Shown: piece by piece, positions 55,865 to 64,000 of the stretch
How positions within the stretch are numbered: position 1 is the first letter of the stretch
Layout of the letters: every line of letters starts with the position of its first letter
Assembly (NCBI GenBank): GCA_964413685.1
Contig: CAYPSW010000001.1
Span: forward strand, 365,461-429,460
DNA from: an uncultured Chitinophagales bacterium
GTDB lineage: Bacteria; Bacteroidota; Bacteroidia; Chitinophagales; S012-47
Reading direction: 5' to 3'
DNA length: 64,000 nucleotides
The notes under the pieces: generated by a model
Told to the model about the DNA's origin: nothing
What the model saw: the letters and a program-made list of their open reading frames with translations, nothing else
The model's database searches: none
Position numbers and translations under genes: made by a program

Positions 55865-58051
55865 ATGAAAAAAGAAATTTACCTGCTCTTCTGTCTTGTA
55901 ATACCCGGTTTTGTATTTGGCCAGACTAATATTCAGCAAGCCCGCCAGCAAAGTCCTGGCTCAACAGTAACAGTAAAAGGCATTATTACCAATGGTCCCG
56001 AATTAGGGGTCATCCGATTCTTGCAAGACAGCACGGCTGGCATTGCCGCTTATGATGCATCGCTTGCCGCTTTAGATCGGGGCGATAGTGTCAGCATCAC
56101 AGGTGTACTGACCGATTATAATGGCTTACTCGAGCTCAACTCGGTCAGCAATTTTACCGTTTTGGCCGCTGCTTTACCTGTCCCCGCTGCTGAATTAGTC
56201 ACCCTGCCCGGTGGATTCAATAACAATAATGAATCACTATTGCTAAAACTCAATGCAGTTCATTTCACAAACTCAGGAACCTTCAGCACCTCCAGCAGCA
56301 ATTACACTATTTCTGATGGAAGCAATACAGCGGCTGTCAGGATACTCGGCAGCACCAATATCGGGGGCACTGTCATACCTTCAGGCAATATCAACCTGAG
56401 CGGATTACTGGGCGAGTACCTGGGTACTTTCCAGCTGCAACCACGCGATCTGGCCGATTTTGAAACCTCCGGTCCGAAGGTTATTACACCACTCACCCAA
56501 AGTAATATCAGCACAAATGGGTTTACTGTCAGCTTTGAAACACAAGATCCGGGGAATACTTTTTTTCGTTATGGACTAAGCACCGCTTTCGGAAGCACAC
56601 TCTCTGATCCGGCCATGGGAACAACACATAGTAAAGCACTCAGTTCATTGTCTCCCGGAACTGTTTTTTATGTCCAGGGTTATTCGGTGGATGTAAATGG
56701 GGATACTTCCTTTACCGAAACAGCACCCATGATGACGGCTTCTTTATCCAGCGGAAAGATCAAAGTTTATTTTAATAAACCGGTCGATCAGTCTTTGAAC
56801 AACGGCACACCTGCTACTTTTCTTTACCACACTTTTGACGATACCCTTATTGCCTATATCAACCGGGCCAAGCAAACCATTGATCTGGCAATTTATAATT
56901 TCGATAATGCTCATTATGTTGTTACCGCTCTGAATGATGCTTATAATAGGGGTGTAAATATTCGGGTGATAGCCAACAATGGAGTGAATAGCAGCGCTTA
57001 CAATATGCTCAGTATTGGTTCGGGTATGAAGAAAAAAAGCCCTTCGGGCAATGCACCTTCAGGTGGTATGTATGGCGAAATGCACAACAAATTGATGATC
57101 ATTGATGCCAATGCTACCGATCCGGATGACCCGATTGTCATCACAGGTTCAACCAATTATACCGATGGACAATTGATGACCGATGCCAATAACATGATCA
57201 TATTCCAGGATCAAAGCCTGGCAAGAGGCTGTGAAATGGAATTCGCAGAATTATGGAGTGGCAAATTCGGACCGGAAAAAATTGATAATACACCCCATCA
57301 ATTTTTGATTAACGGCAAGCAGGTAGAACTCTATTTTGCTCCTTCTGACGGACCCGAAGAAAAGATAAGCAATGCCATTAAATCGGCAGATTATGATTTA
57401 TATGTAGCCATGTTTGCCTGGACACGCTATAGTCTCGCTTATGATATCAAAGATCGGATTACTCAAAATGGTGCTTATGGCGGTGCCTTGTTGAATGATA
57501 CTTCTACCACCGGTTTCCCTTATAGAATAGTTGAACCGTATATGCCCGGAAGGATTTTTCTTTATTCCAAATCAGGTATCCTGCACCATAAATACCTGAT
57601 TGTAGATCCCAACGACACAAGCAGCGATCCATTAGTATTAACAGGTTCTTATAATTGGTCGAACAACGCAAAAAGCCGCAACGATGAGAATTTTGTGATT
57701 GTGCACAATGCCGGTATCGCCAATCAATATTATCAGGAATGGGCACAACGATATCGCGATGAAGGCGGGAATATTTTTGTCGGTACACCATCTCAAATTA
57801 CTTTCTCAGGCGACTTGAAAATTTATCCAAATCCTGCTTCTGATATCCTCAGAATAAAATATTCAGGGCAAATTTCGGGAAAAGAGAACCTGCAGGTTTT
57901 TGATGCGCTGGGAAGGCCGGTAATGGAAAAAATTATTGGGGCATCCAATACTGCTGAACTGGATGTTCAATCCTTGCCAACAGGTTTCTATTTGCTTCGG
58001 TGGGAAGATGGCAGCAGGGTAGAAAGCATCCCTTTTATCAAGCAGCCTTAA
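55865..58051 (+). CDS. secreted phospholipase D-superfamily enzyme (dual HKD) with N-terminal OB-fold-like and Fn3-like domains and T9SS CTD; probable nuclease
   Basis: Signal peptide MKKEIYLLFCLVIPGFVFGQ. OB-fold-like region (GSTVTVKGIITNG...VIRFLQDSTAGIAAY...GDSVSITGVLTDYNGLLEL). HKD motifs HNKLMIID (57083-57106, then GSTNYT) and HKYLIVD (57587-57607, then GSYNWS). CTD IYPNPASDILRIKY...LPTGFYLLRWEDGSRVESIPFIKQP. ATG 55865 is preferred to the start at 55838. Confidence 0.8.
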   Translation: MKKEIYLLFCLVIPGFVFGQTNIQQARQQSPGSTVTVKGIITNGPELGVIRFLQDSTAGIAAYDASLAALDRGDSVSITGVLTDYNGLLELNSVSNFTVLAAALPVPAAELVTLPGGFNNNNESLLLKLNAVHFTNSGTFSTSSSNYTISDGSNTAAVRILGSTNIGGTVIPSGNINLSGLLGEYLGTFQLQPRDLADFETSGPKVITPLTQSNISTNGFTVSFETQDPGNTFFRYGLSTAFGSTLSDPAMGTTHSKALSSLSPGTVFYVQGYSVDVNGDTSFTETAPMMTASLSSGKIKVYFNKPVDQSLNNGTPATFLYHTFDDTLIAYINRAKQTIDLAIYNFDNAHYVVTALNDAYNRGVNIRVIANNGVNSSAYNMLSIGSGMKKKSPSGNAPSGGMYGEMHNKLMIIDANATDPDDPIVITGSTNYTDGQLMTDANNMIIFQDQSLARGCEMEFAELWSGKFGPEKIDNTPHQFLINGKQVELYFAPSDGPEEKISNAIKSADYDLYVAMFAWTRYSLAYDIKDRITQNGAYGGALLNDTSTTGFPYRIVEPYMPGRIFLYSKSGILHHKYLIVDPNDTSSDPLVLTGSYNWSNNAKSRNDENFVIVHNAGIANQYYQEWAQRYRDEGGNIFVGTPSQITFSGDLKIYPNPASDILRIKYSGQISGKENLQVFDALGRPVMEKIIGASNTAELDVQSLPTGFYLLRWEDGSRVESIPFIKQP

Positions 58052-58404
58052 AGGTCAAGAAAACCATTTTCTTCTGATTCGTTTTCTGAGCGATATTGCT
58101 CACGGGTTCTTGCTTTTGCTTGCTCCCGTTCGATAATCAGGTCTGCCATAATACCCGGAGCTTCATGCGCGGGGTGTTCAGCCAGTGCCTCCATCAGTTT
58201 TTGCTCCGGGACATCAATGCGATACAAAATCCATTTCAGGCGTTCGGGGTTGCGGTCAATCAGTTCGGCAATGCGGGCGGTTAATTGCTTGCGTACTTCA
58301 TCCATCCATTCTTCCACTGAACCGGAATTTTCCTTCAAAATTTTAATTTCAAATGATTCTGTCAGCTTTTTGAAACCTTTCGAAAAATTTTTGTCTACAG
58401 ACAT
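58048..58404 (-). CDS. hypothetical acidic helical protein (118 aa), co-transcribed with prsW
   Basis: The ORF starts 2 nt after the prsW stop. It has no TM segment, is charged and helical (…ERLKWILYRIDVPEQKLMEALAEHP…IIEREQAKARTREQY) and has an acidic tail. No family recognised. Confidence 0.5.
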   Translation of the reverse strand: MSVDKNFSKGFKKLTESFEIKILKENSGSVEEWMDEVRKQLTARIAELIDRNPERLKWILYRIDVPEQKLMEALAEHPAHEAPGIMADLIIEREQAKARTREQYRSENESEENGFLDL

Positions 58405-58406
58405 AT

Positions 58407-59144
58407 CTAAGTATTAAAATCTTCGGGGGCTTCCTGCCCCTGTCCATATTTAAAAGGCGTATTTAGTTTGCTGATTTTCATAGCTTTCATCGACAGATAA
58501 ATGCCAAAAGCCAGTGATATAAAAGCACCTGTTGCCAATCCTTCATAGGATTGTTGCATCAGGAAAAAATCGTAAAGGCTATGGAATGCGATTGCAACAA
58601 TCAATCCTTTCCATAATAATCCTTTCCGGTTTTGTACCGAAAATTTTGCTTTTCCAACATAATAACCCATCAGGATAGCAAAAGTGGCATGTGCGGGCAC
58701 TGCGGTAATAGCTCTTAATTTTGCTATTTGCAAGCTCAATTCATAAGTATCCTGTCCGAAAACATATAAAAGGTTTTCACAGGTGGCAAATCCCATTCCG
58801 ATCATCAGGCAATACATGATCCCATCAAAAGGCTCGTTAAAAGCCTTTTTTCTGAAAGCATAAACCCGCAGAAAAAAGAACTTTGAAAATTCTTCGCTGA
58901 AGCCTACCACTACAGTTGTATAAACCAATAGTGATGCGATTCCTGTGTCCATTCCCAAACCAAGCTTTGGTAAAACAGTTTCAAGGATAATGGCCGGAAC
59001 AATGGAAAGGCAGCCCAATAAAAATGAAACAAAGAGTAATCCAATGGGTTCGCGGTCATACTTATCACGCATATAAACATAGGTGATAATTAAAACGGCA
59101 GGGCCAATGGCCAGCGCTAGCAAATTGAAGGTTTGTACATCCAT
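58407..59144 (-). CDS. prsW: PrsW-family intramembrane glutamic endopeptidase
   Basis: Polytopic, with signatures GFSEEFSKFFFL (EExxK) and AFHSLYDFF (HxxxD). ATG 59144 (MDVQTFNLLALAIGPA) is preferred; the longer ORF would run into the divergent GT2 gene. Confidence 0.75.
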   Translation of the reverse strand: MDVQTFNLLALAIGPAVLIITYVYMRDKYDREPIGLLFVSFLLGCLSIVPAIILETVLPKLGLGMDTGIASLLVYTTVVVGFSEEFSKFFFLRVYAFRKKAFNEPFDGIMYCLMIGMGFATCENLLYVFGQDTYELSLQIAKLRAITAVPAHATFAILMGYYVGKAKFSVQNRKGLLWKGLIVAIAFHSLYDFFLMQQSYEGLATGAFISLAFGIYLSMKAMKISKLNTPFKYGQGQEAPEDFNT

Positions 59145-59236
59145 ATTAAAACTTGAATGGCTTAAAGTTAAAATTCTTTGCTGATTGAATGGCTTAACTT
59201 TTTGCGCATTCTTACCAAGGCGGTTATCTTTATACC

Positions 59237-60082
59237 ATGTTGGCAGCAGCTGCATTCGATATCCTGATTCCAACCTGGAACAACTTGTCGTTCCTGAAAT
59301 GCTGTATTGAAAGCATTCGTGAGAACAGTAGACTGGATCACCGGATACTGGTTTTTGTAAACGAAGGAAATGACGGAACTGAAGACTGGCTTAGAGACAA
59401 AGCAATAGAATATCTTTCGGCACCGGATAATGTGGGGATTTGCCGGGCCATAAACCGGCTGCTGGAAATCACGAAAGCCGAAAATGTTTTGTATCTCAAT
59501 GATGATATGTATGTATTACCCGGGTGGGATAATAATCTGATCGGGGCCATCCCGGAAGAAAGATTATGGATGTTGTCGGCTACCATGATTGAACCGAAAG
59601 ATACCGGCAACCCCTGTGTACTGGTTTTTGATGCCGGAAGCAATCCGCAGACTTTACAGAAAAAGAGATTGATTCAACACATGGAAAAACATGAACGCCC
59701 CGATTGGTCGGGCAGCACATGGCCGCCTTTACTGATGTCGCGAAAATCTTGGATAGAGGCTGGTGGACTTAGTGAAGAATTTTCACCCGGCATGTATTCA
59801 GATCCTGATCTCGCAATGAAATTGTGGCAAATGGGCTGCCGCTCTTTTCGGGGTGTTGGCGACAGTTTGGTGTATCACTTCCAGGCAAAAAGCACAGGTC
59901 GGGTTAAAAAGAATAAGGGGCGCAAGCAGTTTATGAAAAAATGGGGTATCACTGCTTCCGCTTTTTACCACTATTATCTACACATGGGTCAGTCTTATTC
60001 AGGGATCTTATCAAAACCGGGAAATCCGCTGGCTCTGGCTGTCAACCGGTGCAGAGTTCGTTTAACAAATTGGCTCAGATAA
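59237..60082 (+). CDS. family 2 glycosyltransferase
   Basis: FDILIPTWNNLSFLKCCIESI, and the DxD-type LYLNDDMYVLPGW. Confidence 0.8.
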   Translation: MLAAAAFDILIPTWNNLSFLKCCIESIRENSRLDHRILVFVNEGNDGTEDWLRDKAIEYLSAPDNVGICRAINRLLEITKAENVLYLNDDMYVLPGWDNNLIGAIPEERLWMLSATMIEPKDTGNPCVLVFDAGSNPQTLQKKRLIQHMEKHERPDWSGSTWPPLLMSRKSWIEAGGLSEEFSPGMYSDPDLAMKLWQMGCRSFRGVGDSLVYHFQAKSTGRVKKNKGRKQFMKKWGITASAFYHYYLHMGQSYSGILSKPGNPLALAVNRCRVRLTNWLR

Positions 60083-61220
60083 CCTGCAAAGCAGTATCGA
60101 GATCTTTGATTAGATCTTCCACATCCTCAACACCTACACTCAGCCGGATGAGTGAATCAACCACGCCTGATTTTTCACGTTCTTCTTTCGGAATCGAAGC
60201 ATGTGTCATGGATGCCGGATGCCCAATCAACGATTCTACTCCACCTAACGATTCAGCCAATGAAAAGAGTTTAGTGGCAGATAAAACTTTCAGAGCATCT
60301 TCACCTCGGTTACCCTTAAGTGTAAATGACATCATCCCACTAAATCCACGCATTTGCTTAGCGGCCACTTCATGGTTTGGATGAGTTGGGAATCCGGGCC
60401 AGTAAACGTGATCAACTTTGGGATGGCTGGCCAAAAAACGGGCAATCTTTTCACCATTGAAACAATGTCTCTCAACCCTCAGATGCAGCGTTTTGATGCC
60501 ACGCAAAACCAGGAAACTGTCCTGTGGTCCGCAGACTGCTCCACTGCTGTTTTGGATAAAATAAATCCTGTCAGCTAATTGTTCCTCTTTGCAAATCACA
60601 GCCCCCATAACCACATCACTATGGCCGCCCAGGTATTTTGTTGCTGAATGCACTACGATATCAGCACCCAAATCGAGGGGATTTTGCAAATAGGGTGTGG
60701 CAAAAGTATTATCAACCACCAACAGACATTGGTGTTTGTGTGCGAGTTCAGCCATTGCTTTTATGTCAATAATGTTCAGCATCGGATTGGTTGGGGTTTC
60801 AACCCAAACCAGTTTTGAGTTTTTGTTGAAAAGAGCTTCCAGCTTATCGACATCCTGCATGCCTGTAAAATGAAACCGGATACCAAAGGGTTCAAAGATT
60901 TTTGTAAATAGTCGGTAAGTTCCGCCATACAAATCATTGGTAGAAACGACTTCATCACCCGGTTTTAATAACTTCATAATGGCATCGGAAGCCGCCATAC
61001 CACTACCGAAACAAGCTCCGAAACGGCCATTTTCGAGTGCTGCCAGATTCATTTCCAATGCCTTGCGCGTTGGATTCGAGGTACGGGAATATTCATACCC
61101 TTTATGATCACCCGGTGCTGCCTGCACATAGGTTGATGTCTGATAAATAGGAGTCATAATAGCTCCTGTTGCCGGATCGGGTTCTTGACCGGCATGTATT
61201 GCTTTTGTTCCAAATTTCAT
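60075..61220 (-). CDS. PLP-dependent trans-sulfuration enzyme (cystathionine gamma-synthase/beta- or gamma-lyase family)
   Basis: MKFGTKAIHAGQ...YSRTSNPT...DNTFATPYLQNPL...HSATKYLGGHSD (PLP Lys). ATG 61220 is preferred to the start at 61280. Confidence 0.88.
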   Translation of the reverse strand: MKFGTKAIHAGQEPDPATGAIMTPIYQTSTYVQAAPGDHKGYEYSRTSNPTRKALEMNLAALENGRFGACFGSGMAASDAIMKLLKPGDEVVSTNDLYGGTYRLFTKIFEPFGIRFHFTGMQDVDKLEALFNKNSKLVWVETPTNPMLNIIDIKAMAELAHKHQCLLVVDNTFATPYLQNPLDLGADIVVHSATKYLGGHSDVVMGAVICKEEQLADRIYFIQNSSGAVCGPQDSFLVLRGIKTLHLRVERHCFNGEKIARFLASHPKVDHVYWPGFPTHPNHEVAAKQMRGFSGMMSFTLKGNRGEDALKVLSATKLFSLAESLGGVESLIGHPASMTHASIPKEEREKSGVVDSLIRLSVGVEDVEDLIKDLDTALQVI

Positions 61221-61233
61221 TGTCTGATTTTGT

Positions 61234-62457
61234 TTATTTGAATTTATGAACCACCATCCCACTTCGTAATTTGGGCTCAAACCAGGTACTTTTTGGAGGC
61301 ATTACCTTCCCTGAGTTTGCAATATCAATCAGCTGCTGTATCGAAACTGGAAACAATGAAAATGCCACCCTCATCTCTCCGCTGTCAACACGTCTTTCGA
61401 GCTCATCAATTCCACGGATACCACCTACAAAATCAATTCTATCATCTGTTCTCGGATCGTTGATACCAAATACTTTTGACAAAATGTTCTCTTGTAAAAT
61501 ACTGGCATCCAGTTTCCGGACAGGGTCACCCGAATCGAAGCTGCCTTCTTTAGCAATTAATTTGAACCATTTATTGTTTACATACATCCCAAATTCATGC
61601 AAATGTCTGGGCTTACATGGGATGGGAGAGTCCTCAATCTCAAAATTGGAAGATATTATTTTGAAAAACCTCTTTTCATCCAAACCATTCAAATCTTTTA
61701 CCACTCTGTTATAGTCAATAATCTTTAATTGATTAGCAGGAAAAATGACTGTCAGAAAATATCCCGGATTTTCAGCTCCGAATGTATCTCTGCCAATATT
61801 AGCCGATGAGGCAGCCCGGTGATGTCCGTCAGCAATATAGGTAAAGGGCACATTTTCCTTAAACTGAAATTGTATTTCTTCAATAATTGCTTCATCACGT
61901 ACCACCCAAAGGCTATGACCGATCCCATCCTCAAGAACAAAATCATAATCAGGTTCTCCTTTGCAAATTTCTTTGACCATATTATCAATGGAAGAAACTT
62001 CAGGATATGTCAGAAATACCGGCCCTGAATGAATACCGGTAACCTTCATGTGTGTAGTGCGGTCCTTTTCTTTCTCAGGACGAGTGAACTCATGCTTTTT
62101 AATAATGTCCTTGAAGTAATCCTGAACACTTGAGATAGCTACAATACCGCTTTGTTGGTGAAGTCCCATTTTTTGCTTGTAGATGTAAAAACAGGGTGAG
62201 GAGTCTTGAATAAGAATTCCATCTTCGACCAGTCTGTTAAAATTTCGTTTTGCCTGCTCATAAACCTCCTTACTATACGGATTTACATTTTTTGACAGGC
62301 TTACTTCAGATCTGATTACTTGTAAAAATGAATGAGGATTTTCTTCAAAAATTGCTCTTGCTTCTTCCTCACTAAGTACATCATAGGGGGGAGAAGCTAC
62401 CCTATTTGCATATTCTTTTGCCGGACGGAATCCTTTAAATGCTTTTATATCTGCCAT
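61234..62457 (-). CDS. DUF1015 domain-containing protein
   Basis: The N-terminus MADIKAFKGFRPAKEYANRVASPPYDVLSEEEAR is the pattern I recall for DUF1015. It sits between serA and the trans-sulfuration gene. Confidence 0.7.
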   Translation of the reverse strand: MADIKAFKGFRPAKEYANRVASPPYDVLSEEEARAIFEENPHSFLQVIRSEVSLSKNVNPYSKEVYEQAKRNFNRLVEDGILIQDSSPCFYIYKQKMGLHQQSGIVAISSVQDYFKDIIKKHEFTRPEKEKDRTTHMKVTGIHSGPVFLTYPEVSSIDNMVKEICKGEPDYDFVLEDGIGHSLWVVRDEAIIEEIQFQFKENVPFTYIADGHHRAASSANIGRDTFGAENPGYFLTVIFPANQLKIIDYNRVVKDLNGLDEKRFFKIISSNFEIEDSPIPCKPRHLHEFGMYVNNKWFKLIAKEGSFDSGDPVRKLDASILQENILSKVFGINDPRTDDRIDFVGGIRGIDELERRVDSGEMRVAFSLFPVSIQQLIDIANSGKVMPPKSTWFEPKLRSGMVVHKFK

Positions 62458-62472
62458 TTGCTGAAATAATGT

Positions 62473-63423
62473 TTATTTGAAAAAATCAATTACCTGTTGT
62501 GCCATTTCTGTCCAGACTCTTTGTTGGGCCTCCTCAGTACTGGCTCCGATATGAGGTGTAAGTGACACTTTTGAGTGCTGTAATATTTCTGCTCTTGGCT
62601 TAGGCTCATCAATAAAAACATCCATCCCTGCAAATGAAACCTTACCCACATCCAATGCTTCAATTAATGCTGTTTCATCAACAACACCTCCACGAGATGC
62701 ATTTATTAGAATAACACCATCCTTCATTTTCGAAAGAGACGTTTTGTCAATAATGGGATGCTTACCGGCAGGTACATGCAGGCTGATGAAATCACTCTGA
62801 ACTAGAACATCATCAAAAGGAATGGTTTTTACAGTCAGTTCGGGATGGTGATTCAAACCAACAATAGGCAATGATAACACTGCCTCCTCAACAAAGGGAT
62901 CATAAGCAATTACCTTCATTCCTAAACCGAGACAAAGCCGTGCAAATGATTGCCCGATACGACCGAAACCAATGATTCCAATGGTTTTTCCACGCACTTC
63001 TTTTCCTTTCGAAAATTGCTTCTTTAATGCACTAAAATTCGAATGACCTTCAGCGGGCATTTTCCTGTTTGCATCAGCTAAAAACCGAACACATGTCATT
63101 AAATGTGCCAAAGCCAATTCTGCAACCGATTCTGAGGAAGCAGCAGGAGTGTTTACTACTTTAATTCCTTTCTCACGGGCATAGGTCACATCAATATTAT
63201 CCATACCGACACCCCCCCGGCCAATCAATTTCAGCTTGGGGCAACCATCAATTAGGTCTTTTCTGATCTGAGTTGCACTGCGAACCAGGATGCCATCAAA
63301 ATGATTCAGCTCATCAATAAGATCAACCTGTTCAACTTTATCAGTAATTACCTCCATCCCTGCATCCTCCATCATCTTTTTTCCATCAGGATTGATGCCA
63401 TCATTTGCCAATATTCTGATCAT
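62473..63423 (-). CDS. serA: D-3-phosphoglycerate dehydrogenase (short form, D-2-hydroxyacid dehydrogenase family)
   Basis: NAD-binding GIIGFGRIGQ, RGGVVDE and HIGASTEEAQ. It sits directly downstream of serC. Confidence 0.85.
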   Translation of the reverse strand: MIRILANDGINPDGKKMMEDAGMEVITDKVEQVDLIDELNHFDGILVRSATQIRKDLIDGCPKLKLIGRGGVGMDNIDVTYAREKGIKVVNTPAASSESVAELALAHLMTCVRFLADANRKMPAEGHSNFSALKKQFSKGKEVRGKTIGIIGFGRIGQSFARLCLGLGMKVIAYDPFVEEAVLSLPIVGLNHHPELTVKTIPFDDVLVQSDFISLHVPAGKHPIIDKTSLSKMKDGVILINASRGGVVDETALIEALDVGKVSFAGMDVFIDEPKPRAEILQHSKVSLTPHIGASTEEAQQRVWTEMAQQVIDFFK

Positions 63424-63435
63424 GTAATAATAATT

Positions 63436-64000
63436 TCAATTAGCGAATTTTTGTTCAAACTCTTGCATTAATTCTACCAGTACTTTTACACTGCTTAAAT
63501 CCATAGCATTATAAATGGATGCCCTGAATCCACCGGCAGACCGATGCCCCTTAATTCCAACAATTCCGGCCTCTGATGCCATGTTCAGGAAAGCTTCGTT
63601 TTGTGAGTTATCATGAAGAAGAAATGTAACGTTCATCCTGGACCGATCTTCAACAGCTGCCGTACCATAAAACATACTATTACGATCGATTTCCCCATAT
63701 AACAAGGCAGCTTTTTCCTTATTCCGCTTTTCAATTATTTCAAGGCCTCCCATGTTTTTTATCCATTGCATGGTAAGCATACTCACATAAATAGCGAAAA
63801 CTGGTCCAGTATTAAATAAAGAGCCTTTACTAATATGTATTTGATAATCGAGCATACTGGGAATTTTTCTTTCTACTTTTCCCAAAATCGATTTCTTAAT
63901 GATGACTAATGTTGTTCCTGCCGGTCCCATATTTTTCTGAGCCCCAGCATAAATCAAATCAAATTTCGATGCATCAATTTGCCTGCTAAAAATATTTGAA
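63436..64000 (-). CDS. serC: 3-phosphoserine aminotransferase, C-terminal part (5' end beyond window)
   Basis: The frame stays open to the window edge (...SNIFSRQIDASKFDLIYAGAQKNMGPAGTTLVII, with the PLP Lys in AQKN). The ORF-track M at 63957 is an internal TTG (Leu). Confidence 0.88.
   Translation of the reverse strand, partial: SNIFSRQIDASKFDLIYAGAQKNMGPAGTTLVIIKKSILGKVERKIPSMLDYQIHISKGSLFNTGPVFAIYVSMLTMQWIKNMGGLEIIEKRNKEKAALLYGEIDRNSMFYGTAAVEDRSRMNVTFLLHDNSQNEAFLNMASEAGIVGIKGHRSAGGFRASIYNAMDLSSVKVLVELMQEFEQKFAN

Noticed and set aside
63212-63218. C7 homopolymer (G7 on the coding strand) inside serA
   Set aside because: It encodes the conserved G-R-G-G-V-G stretch of a housekeeping enzyme. 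Nothing suggests phase variation.
1-64000. Search for CRISPR arrays, IS elements, integrases, phage or toxin-antitoxin/defence modules, and long direct or inverted repeats
   Set aside because: I saw no repeat-spacer periodicity, no transposase/integrase/recombinase-like ORF, no tRNA-adjacent island boundary and no nuclease/ATPase/methylase combination typical of defence systems. A dot-plot or repeat finder would be needed to exclude dispersed short repeats rigorously.

Overview
This window reads as a chromosomal segment of a Bacteroidota genome. The evidence is T9SS type-A C-terminal sorting domains, the uppS-bamA-ompH-ompH-murI synteny, DUF6089/DUF4293/DUF4834-type genes and TAnnTTTG -7 boxes. 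I call about 60 tightly packed CDS. I saw no rRNA, tRNA, CRISPR array, transposase, integrase or phage gene.

Layout:
- 1-7.5 kb: rluB, exported thioredoxin-fold and C1-peptidase proteins, feoAB, and a GT-B glycosyltransferase.
- 7.5-20.6 kb: a 16-gene minus-strand run. It holds the outer-membrane biogenesis block (murI, 2x ompH, bamA, uppS, 2x DUF6089-like barrels, nadK, an extra Omp85-like protein) followed by genes for a CBS protein, a hydrolase, cvpA, yqeY and a DUF4834-like protein.
- 20.7-25.2 kb: a thioredoxin-fold lipoprotein, DUF1684, and a short carB.
- 25.3-34.7 kb: an envelope-glycan region. A hydrolase-GT2-orphan OppC-like permease-GAF/SpoIIE phosphatase operon converges on a wzx-wzz-Wzy_C operon, with a GT4 gene alongside.
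- 34.7-39.5 kb: hutH, hisS, a LMW-PTP gene and mnmE.
- 39.7-46.4 kb: a TetR-controlled TolC/HlyD/2x ATPase/2x ABC-2 permease efflux operon of the YbhGFSR type.
- 46.5-52.1 kb: gltA, an ABC exporter, truA, a thiolase and DUF4293.
- 52.4-58.1 kb: four consecutive T9SS cargo genes (LTD-like, LamG-like, unknown, and OB-fold+Fn3+dual-HKD PLD).
- 58.0-64.0 kb: prsW with a small acidic ORF, a GT2 gene, and the operon serC-serA-DUF1015-trans-sulfuration enzyme.

The most unusual items are the T9SS cargo island (a candidate extracellular DNA-binding/nuclease set with a shared uncharacterised ~97-aa module), a structured C-rich 5' leader inside that island, the hydrolase-GT2-permease-phosphatase operon, and a TetR promoter with an embedded perfect palindrome and an apparently leaderless GTG start. 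I found no clear-cut novel multi-gene system such as a defence island. All functional calls come from motif recognition by eye, not from database searches.
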